A stretch of DNA of 64,000 nt, taken from NCBI GenBank assembly GCA_010093995.1, contig ML992506.1, positions 630,551 to 694,550 on the forward strand. The letters run 5' to 3'. Source of the DNA: Elsinoe ampelina. Lineage: Eukaryota. The notes below the pieces were generated by a model that saw only the letters and a list, made by a program, of their open reading frames with translations, was not told where the DNA came from and did not search any database. This document shows positions 47,844-58,680 of this stretch, piece by piece (the first letter of the stretch is position 1; the number at the start of each line of letters is the position of its first letter). A program made the translations under genes and the position numbers.

Positions 47844-49475
47844 TCAGCTGGAGGGTTTGAGTCGCTTACTCCGCCGTTGTGGTCCAGCTAAGTCGTCTTC
47901 AGCGCGCTTGGTGGGCGGTTTCGTCTTGGACGGCGGTTTGGCCTTTGTCGCAACAGGCTTGGTCACTTTGGCTGGGATCTGGCTCTTCGACTTTGCTGCT
48001 GCTGTGGGCTTCTCCTTCGGGTCTCCGGGGTCGTATTCGTCTTTCGCGAGTGACTCATGCTCGGTCTGCTTGCTTTGCTCATCGGCATCCTCTTCCCCTC
48101 GGACCTGCTGCTCGCTCTTCGACGCTGCCTGCTCACCACCAATACCTTCTCCTTTCGTCTTGCCCAGAACGTAGGCAACACACTCGATATCTCTTGCCGC
48201 CACTCCGAGTCTCTGCCTGATCTCGGCGACTCTCCCAATAAGCAACTCGTACTCTTTCACAGTGTACCCGATCTTCCTATCCCAGCCTGTTCCTCCCTTC
48301 TCGTCATCCCAAGTCACCCATCGGAACAACTCATCGCTGAAGAACAGCAGCTCATCGGGAAAGACTGTCGAGAGCAGTAGTGAAGCCGTTGCAGGTCCGA
48401 TGCCGGAGAGGGAGGTGAGCTGCTTCAAGGCAGCGATGGCTGTGGCGGCGGGGATGGGTGGATGGGACGGTAAGAGGGCAAAGGCCTCGGCGGTGGTGGC
48501 GGGAATGGCGTTGTTGGAACTAGCGAGTGAGAGTAGGCGCGGCCGAAATGTTCCGTGAGATCTAGAGAAATGCTTATTAGCACAATCGCTCAGCAATAGA
48601 TCAGGGACTGGGGTGCGACGGCAATTAAAGGGCAAATATCGGGTAAGCTGTGGATCCTCGAGGCACCCGAGGGTATTGTCCGGGACTGGGAACAGCAGAG
48701 CATGACGATTCATGGTAATGCCCCATCCATAATAAATGGATGTCTTGAGGTGATATGTCATCCGAGCATAGGGCAGTTCCATCGATACGTCTCGAGCAGA
48801 TCCAGCTGCTTGTGAAAGACATTGAGCGTTTAGACGGACCAAACGACCACAGCGCGATCTCTACACCCAGAGCACCGATAAATCCGATCCTCTAGCAGTT
48901 CAACTTGATCTGGATGAGTGCGATTCAGGCCCAAGGGGACTAGCAGTCGATCACGCTGATTCTGATCGGCGGCGCGCATGCTCTGGATGATCTTTGCCTC
49001 CAAATGGGAACCAGTGGGATAAGAAGGGGCGCCGAATTATCTCTGCTAAACCCTCGCCGTGGACTCATAACACGTGGACTGTGTCATATGCCGCTAGACC
49101 GAGATCGCCAGAGAAACGGCTGCAGAGGTTGTTGTATCGTGCCGATCATGTCGTGTTTGAATTGGTTGATGTATGGGTAGGGACAGATGAACAGAGTCGT
49201 ACGTTCTTCGAGGTGGACAACAAAGGATATTTGCTCCTTGACAGGTGAAACGTGCAAAATACTTACAGCTTCCATTTGACCAACGTCACTACCTCATCTT
49301 TGGTCAGATGTACCCCTTCCTTGCTGTGTCGCCGCTTGTCTGTGGCTTTCGGGATATCAATCAAACGTTTTTGGTCGAGATCTTTGAGTTTGTCGGGGAT
49401 GACGGCAGGGTAATGCTTGAGTATTCTGTCAAAGTCAGACTTGGCGATAGTCTTCCAGTGATGGATTTCGTCCAT
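47844..49475 (-). CDS. Conserved hypothetical protein with helix-hairpin-helix motif (Amun-like / DNA-glycosylase-like)
   Basis: HLTKDEVVTLVKWKL|SHGTFRPRLLSL across the 705-nt intron 49266-48562, LTSLSGIGPATASLLLS (HhH), FFSDE, IGYTVKEY, and a basic C-terminal NLS-like RRSKRLK. Confidence 0.8.
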
Positions 49476-49961
49476 GGTCGTTGTGTACGCTAAGCACCAT
49501 GTTCCGTCTCGAGGAAGAAGACAGGAAGTAGGTCGGGATGCGGGCTGGTCCGCAATCGCGGGACCTCGGTCGATGGACAAGCTGGACTTCACACCGTCAC
49601 TCGACTTCGCAAGAACAAACTTCTAAATAGACATGCTGCATTCAGTATGCTCAATGGAAAGAACAGTACTAAAAGGTGGTATATGCTTCCCCTCGGGAGC
49701 GACACAATAAAATCGAAGTTGTTTCCTAAACAAACAAAAGATTGGATCTCGCCACCATTGAAGGGCGTCTTCCTTTCCCACTCAAGCAATTCAAAAACTC
49801 CCGAGGCGTCACGGGCTATGAACAAGATTGACCGACGCCACGGAAGGATACTCCCCCAAACCGTCGGCCCCAGGCCACGCCCGCACTCTGAATGCTGTTT
49901 CTTTGTCCGTCATGCATCTATCATAACGCCGGAGAACTCCAGAAGGTCGCTGAGTGGACGC

Positions 49962-51581
49962 TTAGTAGGAGCCCCAGTATCCGCTGGGCTCGGCCTCATA
50001 GCCGGTGGGGACAGGGAAGTAAGCGGAGGAGGTGGCACCAGTACCGATGGGAGCAACGGCGGAGCTGGTGGTCGGGCGCGGCCTGTGAACGGTAATGAAA
50101 CCAGTGCTCAAGCAGGATGTGGAGCTCGCCTCGCCCGATGCAGTGGCGGTCGGGTAGTATGGGGCCTCGCTGGACTGGATTGGGCCTTCAGTCGGCTCAG
50201 CAGTCGGCTCGGAGTAAGCGCCAGGAGTGACGGTCTGAGATACGTTAGTCTCGAGAAGGAAGAATGATGATTCAGTATTACTCACCACAGTGGCTGTGGC
50301 AGTGACAGTGACGGTGACGGGAGGAGCGCACTCGCCCTCATCGCCCTCGCCATCCGAACCAACAGGCACATCGCCGTAGCCGCCAGTCGGGACAGGCTCG
50401 ACGGTGACGGTGCTGAAGATGGTGGAGGTGGACAATAAAGTGGTGGTGCGGGTAGAATCGACATCAGAAGGAACTGGGCTACCGTCGCTGCCGACTGGGA
50501 CATCACTAGTAGGAGCGGGCTTGGGCACAGTAAGAGTCTGGTAGAGGGTGGAGGTGCGGGTGATGGCAGTGGTGATTGTGGTTGGCTGAGCGCTGCTAGA
50601 GCCATAACCTCCACCGTAGCTGGGGTTGAGAGTGTAGGTGAGGGTGACCGCACTGGTGATGGTGGTAATCGGGCTGCTGACCGTGGTGTAGCCACTTGGG
50701 ACGGTTCCATTGCCGCCTGTTGGGTAAGGAGCGTAGGTAGGAGCAGTTGGCACCGCATCGGTGGTGGTTCCAGCTCCGGTTCCAGTTGGGACCGGGTTGG
50801 CAGTCGACGAGGCAGATGGGTATGGGACTGGCTCGCTGGGGTATGAGCTTGCGCCGGTTGGGCCAGTGACAAGAGGGATGGAGGAAGAGGCAGAGCTCGA
50901 TGTGCTTGGTGCATCAGCGGTGGATGGGCTAGTTGCTGACGGGTAGGGGACAAGGCCGGACGAGGTGGAGTATCCAGTTGGTCCAGTCACGAGAGGCACA
51001 GAGTATGTGCTGCTGCTCGAGGTGCTAGGAGCATCCGCAGTGGATGGGCTGGAGCTGGGGTAGGGAACAAGACCGGATGAGGTCGAGCCGCCTGTCGGGC
51101 CGGTCACGAGAGGAACGGAGTAGGTGCTCGATGTGCTTGGAGCATTGGCGGTCGTGGATGGGGCTGGGTAGGATGAGAGACCAGCAGAGGAGCTCGAGCT
51201 GCTGGTTGATGGAGCATCAGCGGTAGAGGAAGTTGCCGGGTAGCTCGATAGGCCAACAGAAGACGAGCTCGTCGAGGGAGCGTCAGCGGTCGTGGAGGGC
51301 GTCGTGGTTGGAGCCGTGGTGCTCGGGGTGGTAGCTGGGTAGCTGGAGAGGGCAGGGGAGGTAGTAGTCGTGGTAGGAGCTGCGGCCGTGGTGCTTGACG
51401 TCGTAGATGGCAATGGCTCGTACGTGAAACCACCAGTCGATGTAGGGACAGAATCGGCGGTGGAGCTGCTAGGCAGCGGGGCGTAGGCGAAGGAGCCATA
51501 GCCTTGACGCTTCTGCTGGGGCACGCGAGCGTGAGCGGCCACCGCGAGGGCGGCGACGACGAGGGTGCTGCTGAGATGCAT
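49962..51581 (-). CDS. Secreted Ser/Thr/Pro-rich repetitive (cell-wall/adhesin-like) glycoprotein
   Basis: Signal peptide MHLSSTLVVAALAVAAHA, Kex2-like KR site, tandem ADAPSTSSS / VPLVTGPTG / YP repeats, and an in-frame 51-nt intron 50285-50235 (GTGAGT...ACTAAC...CAG). Confidence 0.85.
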   Translation of the reverse strand: MHLSSTLVVAALAVAAHARVPQQKRQGYGSFAYAPLPSSSTADSVPTSTGGFTYEPLPSTTSSTTAAAPTTTTTSPALSSYPATTPSTTAPTTTPSTTADAPSTSSSSVGLSSYPATSSTADAPSTSSSSSSAGLSSYPAPSTTANAPSTSSTYSVPLVTGPTGGSTSSGLVPYPSSSPSTADAPSTSSSSTYSVPLVTGPTGYSTSSGLVPYPSATSPSTADAPSTSSSASSSIPLVTGPTGASSYPSEPVPYPSASSTANPVPTGTGAGTTTDAVPTAPTYAPYPTGGNGTVPSGYTTVSSPITTITSAVTLTYTLNPSYGGGYGSSSAQPTTITTAITRTSTLYQTLTVPKPAPTSDVPVGSDGSPVPSDVDSTRTTTLLSTSTIFSTVTVEPVPTGGYGDVPVGSDGEGDEGECAPPVTVTVTATATVVSNTESSFFLLETNVSQTVTPGAYSEPTAEPTEGPIQSSEAPYYPTATASGEASSTSCLSTGFITVHRPRPTTSSAVAPIGTGATSSAYFPVPTGYEAEPSGYWGSY

Positions 51582-54500
51582 TTTGGTTGATCTGGTGCAA
51601 CGGGCGTAACGATTTACGGGAAGCGTTCGAAACGGTTTGTGGGAACGACTATTGGACGAGAATTCGTTTCAACGGTCGACGGAGAGAGCGGAGGTGGTGA
51701 AAAGATTGATACCGGCGCAGTTGGTAAAGAGTGACTGTGGTGTTAAGTGAATGGACACGCCTACGAGAGACGTAAAGAGCAAGAGCACCGGTTTACAGAG
51801 AGAGCGTGAGGGATGTGAAGCCGTTGAAGAACGAAGAGAAGGGAAGTGAGGGAAAGGCGTAGTGAAAAGATGGCGCTTGGTGTGGGAACGAGCCAATCTG
51901 GCGCCCTCATTGATTTCCCAGCGCAGCGAGCGCAGATTGCGACAGGATGCTGTCTTCCCTTCAACTCTGGTCGGTGCACAAGCGGTCAGCCGAGCTTAGG
52001 CCAGAAGCGGTATAAATCAGGTACAGGCGCATGGTCCGGTCGCTGCCACACGGCCCCTGAGTGGTCGGCAGCTTTGTTCCTGCATATCCACTGCGGATCT
52101 GTGGGCCCGTGAACGCATTTCCAGTTGTCATGGTCCTCAGCTACCTTTCTGGCATCGCTCGCAGCCTCGCTGCCTGTTCGGCACAGCAACGGATCTGTTT
52201 TCCTTCTACATGCTTTTAGATAAAGAGGGCCGCAAATCTCCGCAAACGACATGAAGCTCCACTGCGCCTGCGTACAAGTCGTCACGATCGACACGTAAGT
52301 CAACGAGATGATTGTCATCCTGTGTGGCGTTTGTGTGTCTCTCCCCAGTGATGGTGCTTTGACCAGAGACCTATCATCACAGCAGTGGGCTTGTCTTTCC
52401 GACCTGACTTCCTGAAGAGGGCACGAGTAACCACAGCCAAGACGAAACCTCACGGTCGATCTGGACTGGTACTAATGTTTCTTGTGCTAGGCGCCGTATC
52501 TTGAGAGACATGGGCGCTTGGTGGAAAGAAACTCACTGACCTGCGCTCATCCGGTCTATCCAAATCAGAGTTGCCGAGTCAATTTCACGAGGGTTGCAGC
52601 ATATGACTCGCTGGGTCATCATTTCGCCAGGCGCCCTGCAAGCGCCCAGGGCCTGGACAGCTGGGTCACAACATACGTCAGCGTGGTGCATTGCTTCCTG
52701 TTTTCAATGTTGACTGGGAGTAACAGAGGACGTGGTAAACAATCTCTCACAATGGATGCTATGCATCGAATGTCTCGTCGTCCGGATCGTTGGGTCTGGG
52801 GGATTGTCGACTTCTGGGTCGCCACGTTTCAGGATAATTGCTCCTGACTCTCAAGGCCCTAAAAAGTCTCATAGACTTTCGGTCAAGCCCCAACCATGTC
52901 CACATCTCATTGAACTCACCAGAACAGCTCGTATTCTTTTGATAGACTCACGAACCTTGGGAAGAAGACTTGATCAAGAATGTCACTTTTTCGATGACGT
53001 TTTTGGGAGGGAGCTTGACGACGTTGCAGGACTTTCGGGAGAACCACGACCGTTGGGTGCCGTTTCGCTTTGTCCCTGCTCTCGCGGAGTTGCTTCCATG
53101 CCGCTGTGAATGTGAATTTTGTGGGCTGCCCTCAACCTTGATGAGTCTGACCATTCTCACCTGCAGCAGCTCGCTCTCTTCAAACACGGCAACACGGACA
53201 GATCTCCGCCTGTTGAGATCCCTGCTAATTCATCTCGAAACCATCTCATGAAGAATATGGAGCTTCAAAAAATTGCGCCATCCCTGCCCTCTGCAGATGC
53301 ATAGAATGTCGTGGGCGCGTTTCACAAAATTTTAACAGCAACGCACTCGCTCGCTTCTTTTGCTTTTGTCGAACATGCCATTCCCAACTTTCAGCTTGCT
53401 TGTTCCTTGTGGTTTCTGGCTGGGCTTTTTCAATTTCTGGGGCCGAAGAAAGTGGCCGAAGGCATACCTTATTACCCTCTAAAGTCAATTAGAACCATGC
53501 AATAATCACCCGCCAGAGAGCGAACAGGACAACATGACGGATTGTCGATGCGGGACTGCATGCTTCGGGAGGAACGTCAAGTGCTCACTGACGATGCAGC
53601 ATGCTAGATTCCGTGGCATGCAGCAAATGGCTTCTGCAAGAGAATATGTGGTGATGCTATGTGCTCGATCCGGAGTAACTTATTCGGATATCTCCTCGTT
53701 TCTGATTTGGCTTCCTCTCCTCTCTATTGCATTATTTCCGCATGACTTACCTAACCCATTTCGATCAGCAGACGCTTTTCCGCCTGGGCGCAGTCCCTGA
53801 GATGCTGAACGGTCTGTGGCACTACACTGTGTGAGCACAACCCGCCGTTATTGTGCTTGTTCTTCTGGTGGACGAGAGTCGGAGAATCATGCCGGACTCG
53901 TCGGCTCACGGCACTCGCATGCCCTCCAAATAGCCGTGGTGCCATTCTAGAAGGCCAAAGAGTGGAGTCGGCCCGAAGACATGGCCATTGCCCTCGAGAG
54001 AGGCAGCATCAAGCTCGCCGAGACAAGACCACCGCCCCGTCGTCAATAGGATTGACGTGCTTAGCGGTCTTGTATTTTCTCCGTCTTGTGCGGTGTATCT
54101 CAGCCGGCAGCAAAATGCTGGGCAAAAGCCGCCGTCCTGGCACGGCCACCAAAAGCTCGCCGAGAGAGTGCTGAGACACGGCTACTGGAAGAATTTAGAT
54201 GCGGCGACCAGCGGAGACCAGCGGGCTTCAGCGTGCTCCAAGCGGCGACCCAGGGCCAAAGGGTCCTCGATATGCCCAATCATTGGTGCATTAACTCGGC
54301 CACTTTTTCTAGGCATTCGCGGGGACCCCAGGCCAAAGGTTCAATCTGCACAATCCGCTTGCCAACACCGCTGCACATCGCTCCTGGGCGGCGTTTTCCC
54401 TACAGTACACCCATTTATCCTCCTGTCGCCGTGCGCGCTCGCAATCGCGAATCGCTACTGTCATGTTTCATGTCAATCTGGAGCCTGGCCGCGACAATTC

Positions 54501-54685
54501 TCCGCCGTAATATCTCCCTCCAGATAGAGCTCATCACATGCGACAACCTCTAATTGACACCATTGCTCTCCCGGACCATGCGACACTTCTGTTCCGCTTC
54601 ATAAACAGAGCCTCACCTTGGATCTTACCCCCTGTCTAGCTCTGGACTCCCTACGCTCTTTACACGCCCGCTTCTTTGTGGCAGC

Positions 54686-56710
54686 ATGGCCACTACAGAG
54701 GTCCACCTGCAAACCTCGCTTGCACCCTCCTCCGCAGAGACCAAGACCAGTCCTGTGGTCCATGTTGAAGAGCTGGAGGTAGAAGAGGAGCCGAATGTTG
54801 TGGTGCTATTCGAACATGGGCAGGATCATATTGTTCTGGAGATAGCCAGTGTGCTTGGTCAGCCCTGGTCTTGCCTAAAGTCCGAGGATGAGGCCGGACT
54901 TGTACAAAACGGAACTGTCATTGGTATATCGGACAATCTCGACATATCTTCTCTCAGCAAGTGGAAAGGCAACCGCACAGTCTTGAGCACACATTGTTTA
55001 GACGATTCGAATCGGCGGGTAGCCTCCCGAACTTCACTCTGCGACTATGAGTACCTCTACACAAGTCGACCATTCTACCGGAGAGACCTTGCACGCTTCC
55101 TGGCACTTGTCTTGGGCCAGAGCAATCCACACAGGGAATTGAAGAACAAGAAAAAGACCACTCTAATCTCCACCACCTTCCCCGACGTCCACGCCGCTTT
55201 GCCAAATCTCGACATCTTGTCAGTCGGCGCGGACGCTGTGGAATTGCGTGTTGATCTTCTAGAAGACAAGCAGCCAGACGGAACACATCCTTCAGTCCCC
55301 TCTCTCCAGTACGCCGGAGAGCAACTGATGCTCCTTCGGCAACGAACCGAACTTCCAATCATCTTCACCACGAGATGCACAAACGAGAATGGCCGCTTTC
55401 CTATGGACCGACCAGAGCTGTCCTTCGAATACCTTCACAAGGCCATCCAATGGGGTTGTGAATACATTGATGTCGAGCTTTGGTTGCCAGAGGAGATAAG
55501 GAAACAGCTCTCGGACCGCAAAGCACACAGCAAAATCATCTCCGCTTTCCACGATTTCTCCGGCAATTTCAAATGGACATCACCAGAAGCTCAGCGACTA
55601 TTCGAGCGAGGTGCTGTGTATGGCGATGTGGTCAAGATGATCGCCCTGGTATCGTCCATGCAAGAGAACTACGAATTAGAATATTTCCGGTCTATCATTC
55701 AAACTACCTACCCTTACCCGCCATTTTCGGGTCTCAACATGGGTCCCATGGGACAACTTTCTCGAGCTCTAAACAAGATCTTCACACCTATCACACATCC
55801 TCTTCTTCCCCTGATCGCAGCCCCGGGCCAGTTGAGTGCTGCGGAGATCAATGCTGCCTTACACACCATGGGTCAACTGCCCCGGCTAGATGTGTATGGT
55901 ATCGGCAGCGTGCGTGCGACGGGCCAGGCAATGTTCTACGAGAAGTGCTTCAACGAGCTTAGTCTGCCCCATCATCTCATCTGCATTGACCGCGAGGCAT
56001 CATCGACGGTCGAACACTTTATCAGCAAACCAAACTTCGGTGGCGCTCACCTTAACCCTCCACTGCCCGCAAATGCCGCCAGTCTCCCGTCGATATCGAA
56101 CGCAGCCATGGCCATTGGACAGATCGATACCATATATATTCAAACAATCGGCAACAAGTCAACCTTGACGGCCGACAACGCGACTTGGAAAGCGATAAGA
56201 GCGACGCTTTGCAGAGATTTTGTGCCGACAGCCTACCGGGGTCAAGCAGCACTCGTCCTGGCAAGCCACGAATCTCAAGCTGCGGCCGTCATCTTTGCCC
56301 TGAAGAGCTTGTCAGTCGAGACGATATACACGATCGGATTCCGAGCAACTGGACCTCTGGCTGACTTCGTAGAGCCATTCAAGGGCGTGGAAGATCTGAA
56401 GAAGAACAAGGAGCCAGCCGTGGTGGTATCGGCACTCCGAGCGGACAAATCGTTGGTGGTCAACCCATTGTTAAAACACTACAGGGCAAAGCCAGACGAG
56501 ATCAAGCGGGCAGTCCGAGTATTTGTGGACCTCACCAATGGAGGGCCAAGAAAGGGAGATCCAGAAGCCCTGGCAACATCGCTGGGCTGGACAGCATATG
56601 GCATGGCAGACGTCAATGCGTGGACCACTGTGGAGACATTGAGACTGCTTGTTGGACAAAACGTTCCTTATGACTTTGTCCGACTCGCATCCGGTCGAAG
56701 TCTGTACTGA
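54686..56710 (+). CDS. QutR/qa-1S-like protein derived from the AROM C-terminus (degenerate shikimate kinase + type I 3-dehydroquinase + degenerate shikimate dehydrogenase)
   Basis: GADAVELRVDLL, PIIFTTRCTNENGRF, EYIDVEL, IISAFHDF, DVVKM, NMGPMGQLSRALN, FTPITHPLLP..AAPGQLS. SDH-like C-terminal third. Single exon, 674 aa. Confidence 0.85.
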   Translation: MATTEVHLQTSLAPSSAETKTSPVVHVEELEVEEEPNVVVLFEHGQDHIVLEIASVLGQPWSCLKSEDEAGLVQNGTVIGISDNLDISSLSKWKGNRTVLSTHCLDDSNRRVASRTSLCDYEYLYTSRPFYRRDLARFLALVLGQSNPHRELKNKKKTTLISTTFPDVHAALPNLDILSVGADAVELRVDLLEDKQPDGTHPSVPSLQYAGEQLMLLRQRTELPIIFTTRCTNENGRFPMDRPELSFEYLHKAIQWGCEYIDVELWLPEEIRKQLSDRKAHSKIISAFHDFSGNFKWTSPEAQRLFERGAVYGDVVKMIALVSSMQENYELEYFRSIIQTTYPYPPFSGLNMGPMGQLSRALNKIFTPITHPLLPLIAAPGQLSAAEINAALHTMGQLPRLDVYGIGSVRATGQAMFYEKCFNELSLPHHLICIDREASSTVEHFISKPNFGGAHLNPPLPANAASLPSISNAAMAIGQIDTIYIQTIGNKSTLTADNATWKAIRATLCRDFVPTAYRGQAALVLASHESQAAAVIFALKSLSVETIYTIGFRATGPLADFVEPFKGVEDLKKNKEPAVVVSALRADKSLVVNPLLKHYRAKPDEIKRAVRVFVDLTNGGPRKGDPEALATSLGWTAYGMADVNAWTTVETLRLLVGQNVPYDFVRLASGRSLY

Positions 56711-58680
56711 TATGCAGAGCGAGCGTCAGACAGAACGTCAGGGCATATGATTGCCACTGACATGAGCATATTAAGCATCATGACATTGTTACGGCGCATG
56801 GAGTGGGAGACCCCGGGAGGTTTGTTTCAATAGCACAGATACACAGCTGTCGTTTCGTGGTCAGGCGGCAGACATCAGCATGACTGGGTCTGCTCATTCA
56901 TCCTTGCGGAGCTTTAGGGGTACAGGAAGTGGTTGGTGCGACTTTGCCTTGCACTTGTTCGTGGCAGCTAGACTCTTGGAATGGACTTGGTCACATTACT
57001 GTTCTGCACTGTGGCGATCCGATCCAATGTACGTCGCCACTTTGAGCACTGATGCTAAGTGAGATAGACTCACGGTGGCTTGATCATAGCGTCTAGACCG
57101 GCAGATTGATGGCGAAAACAATGGTCAGCAGACTCGACAGGTACTTCCGCCCTTCTGTCGAGCCCTGCCTCCGAACCCTCCACCACACGTGGTAGGTAAC
57201 GATGGAAAAGGGACCAGCTGTGCCACATGTCGACTCGCAGACATGTCAGACATGGCTTTCTAGAAATCCAATTCATTTCACCGCGACATGTCGTGACTCG
57301 AATGGCTCAACCCGCCGGGAGTGCAAGAGCTTAGATCCGCTTTTTCATCAAAGCTGTTGGAGCCAAGGACCTCCCTGTTCCGGTGGGCGTGGCCGACGAG
57401 ACTGGATTTACGGATGTGGTAGACTAAAATGAAGATCAAAATGGGGAAAGGACGAATTATTGCCTTGCCGCGGTTCAACGACCGAACGACTACCTACGAG
57501 ACGGAGAAGTTGACAGGACACATGGCGTCCACTCACAGCTACGACCCGCTGCAAGGCCCGTACAACGTGACCTCGTTCCTGCGCAATCTCATTATTTGGG
57601 TACATCTTGGTCACCCTGCATCGCCTCTGTCCTTTGATGTTGGCACACTCTAGCCCGATTCGCCGGTCCGCCTCAAGCTCGAGGACTGCTCCAGGACCGC
57701 GCCACTAATTTAGCACAGGTCAAACCCTGCAGGAATTTGCTTCTCTGGGCAAGAAGATGCTCCCCAGCTTTTGAGCTCCACTTCATCTGCGCGTGTGACA
57801 ATCACCGCGAATGCCCTTCAGACCGCGGCACCTGTCTCAAAAACCATTGCAACTGGTGCACACCCATGTCAGCTAATTCTTCCATACCAAGTCACCCCCG
57901 ACCGAGGCAGCATCTCGCTACCAGATCTCGACGGAATAAGTAAACCCTGGAAAGTGAGGAGTCCTTCTCCGTATAACCAGCTGCAGCGGAGCCTGGATCA
58001 CAACAGCAAGCGCGCCAGGATCACGCCTACTTTGCTACTTTCCGTAATGGTCATCCTTGTGCGATGGGAGTGTTGCCCCAGAGCGATGACCAGCATGATC
58101 TGCGTCTTGTGCGGGCTATCCGAGTATGAGACCCACTGGCATCAAGGGGGATCCAAACAGGAGCCACGAGGGAAAAGAGGAGCAGAGGACGCTTGAAGAC
58201 GCTTGAAGCAATCGTGACCAGTTTGACCACACGCAGCAGCCAACCAGGACGAGGCGGGGATCAAGCCATGCTGCTCTTCCTCTGGTCCCCTCAGTGCTCT
58301 CGTGTCAAGTGCTGCCGTTAGCTTGAATCTCTGCTCGCTTTTCGCTCTCCCCACAAATCCACCCTTCAGCACGCACCCTGGGATGCTCTGAATCAGCTTT
58401 TTGTTTCACTCTTCCCCGTCACCGAGAAACGCTCGCCGTCTGCGATCTTCGCCTCTGACCATTCCATCCCGAACATCTACCTGCCCCAGCTGCTTCTATA
58501 CTTCTCTACTGTCTCTTCTGGAAACACTCGACCATTCCATCCAACTTCTCGCATCCCTCGTGACTGGCTCACCCGTGCCCCGAGCTCCTCTGGCCGCATT
58601 GATGCATTAGACACCGCGGCGGGAGCCAAATCTTCCGCACCTCGCTGGATGCGCGACATCGTCACCTCATGAGCTGCACA

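Noticed and set aside
51700..54600. Short ORFs between the secreted protein and the QutR-like gene
   Set aside because: No motifs; most likely a divergent promoter/intergenic region.
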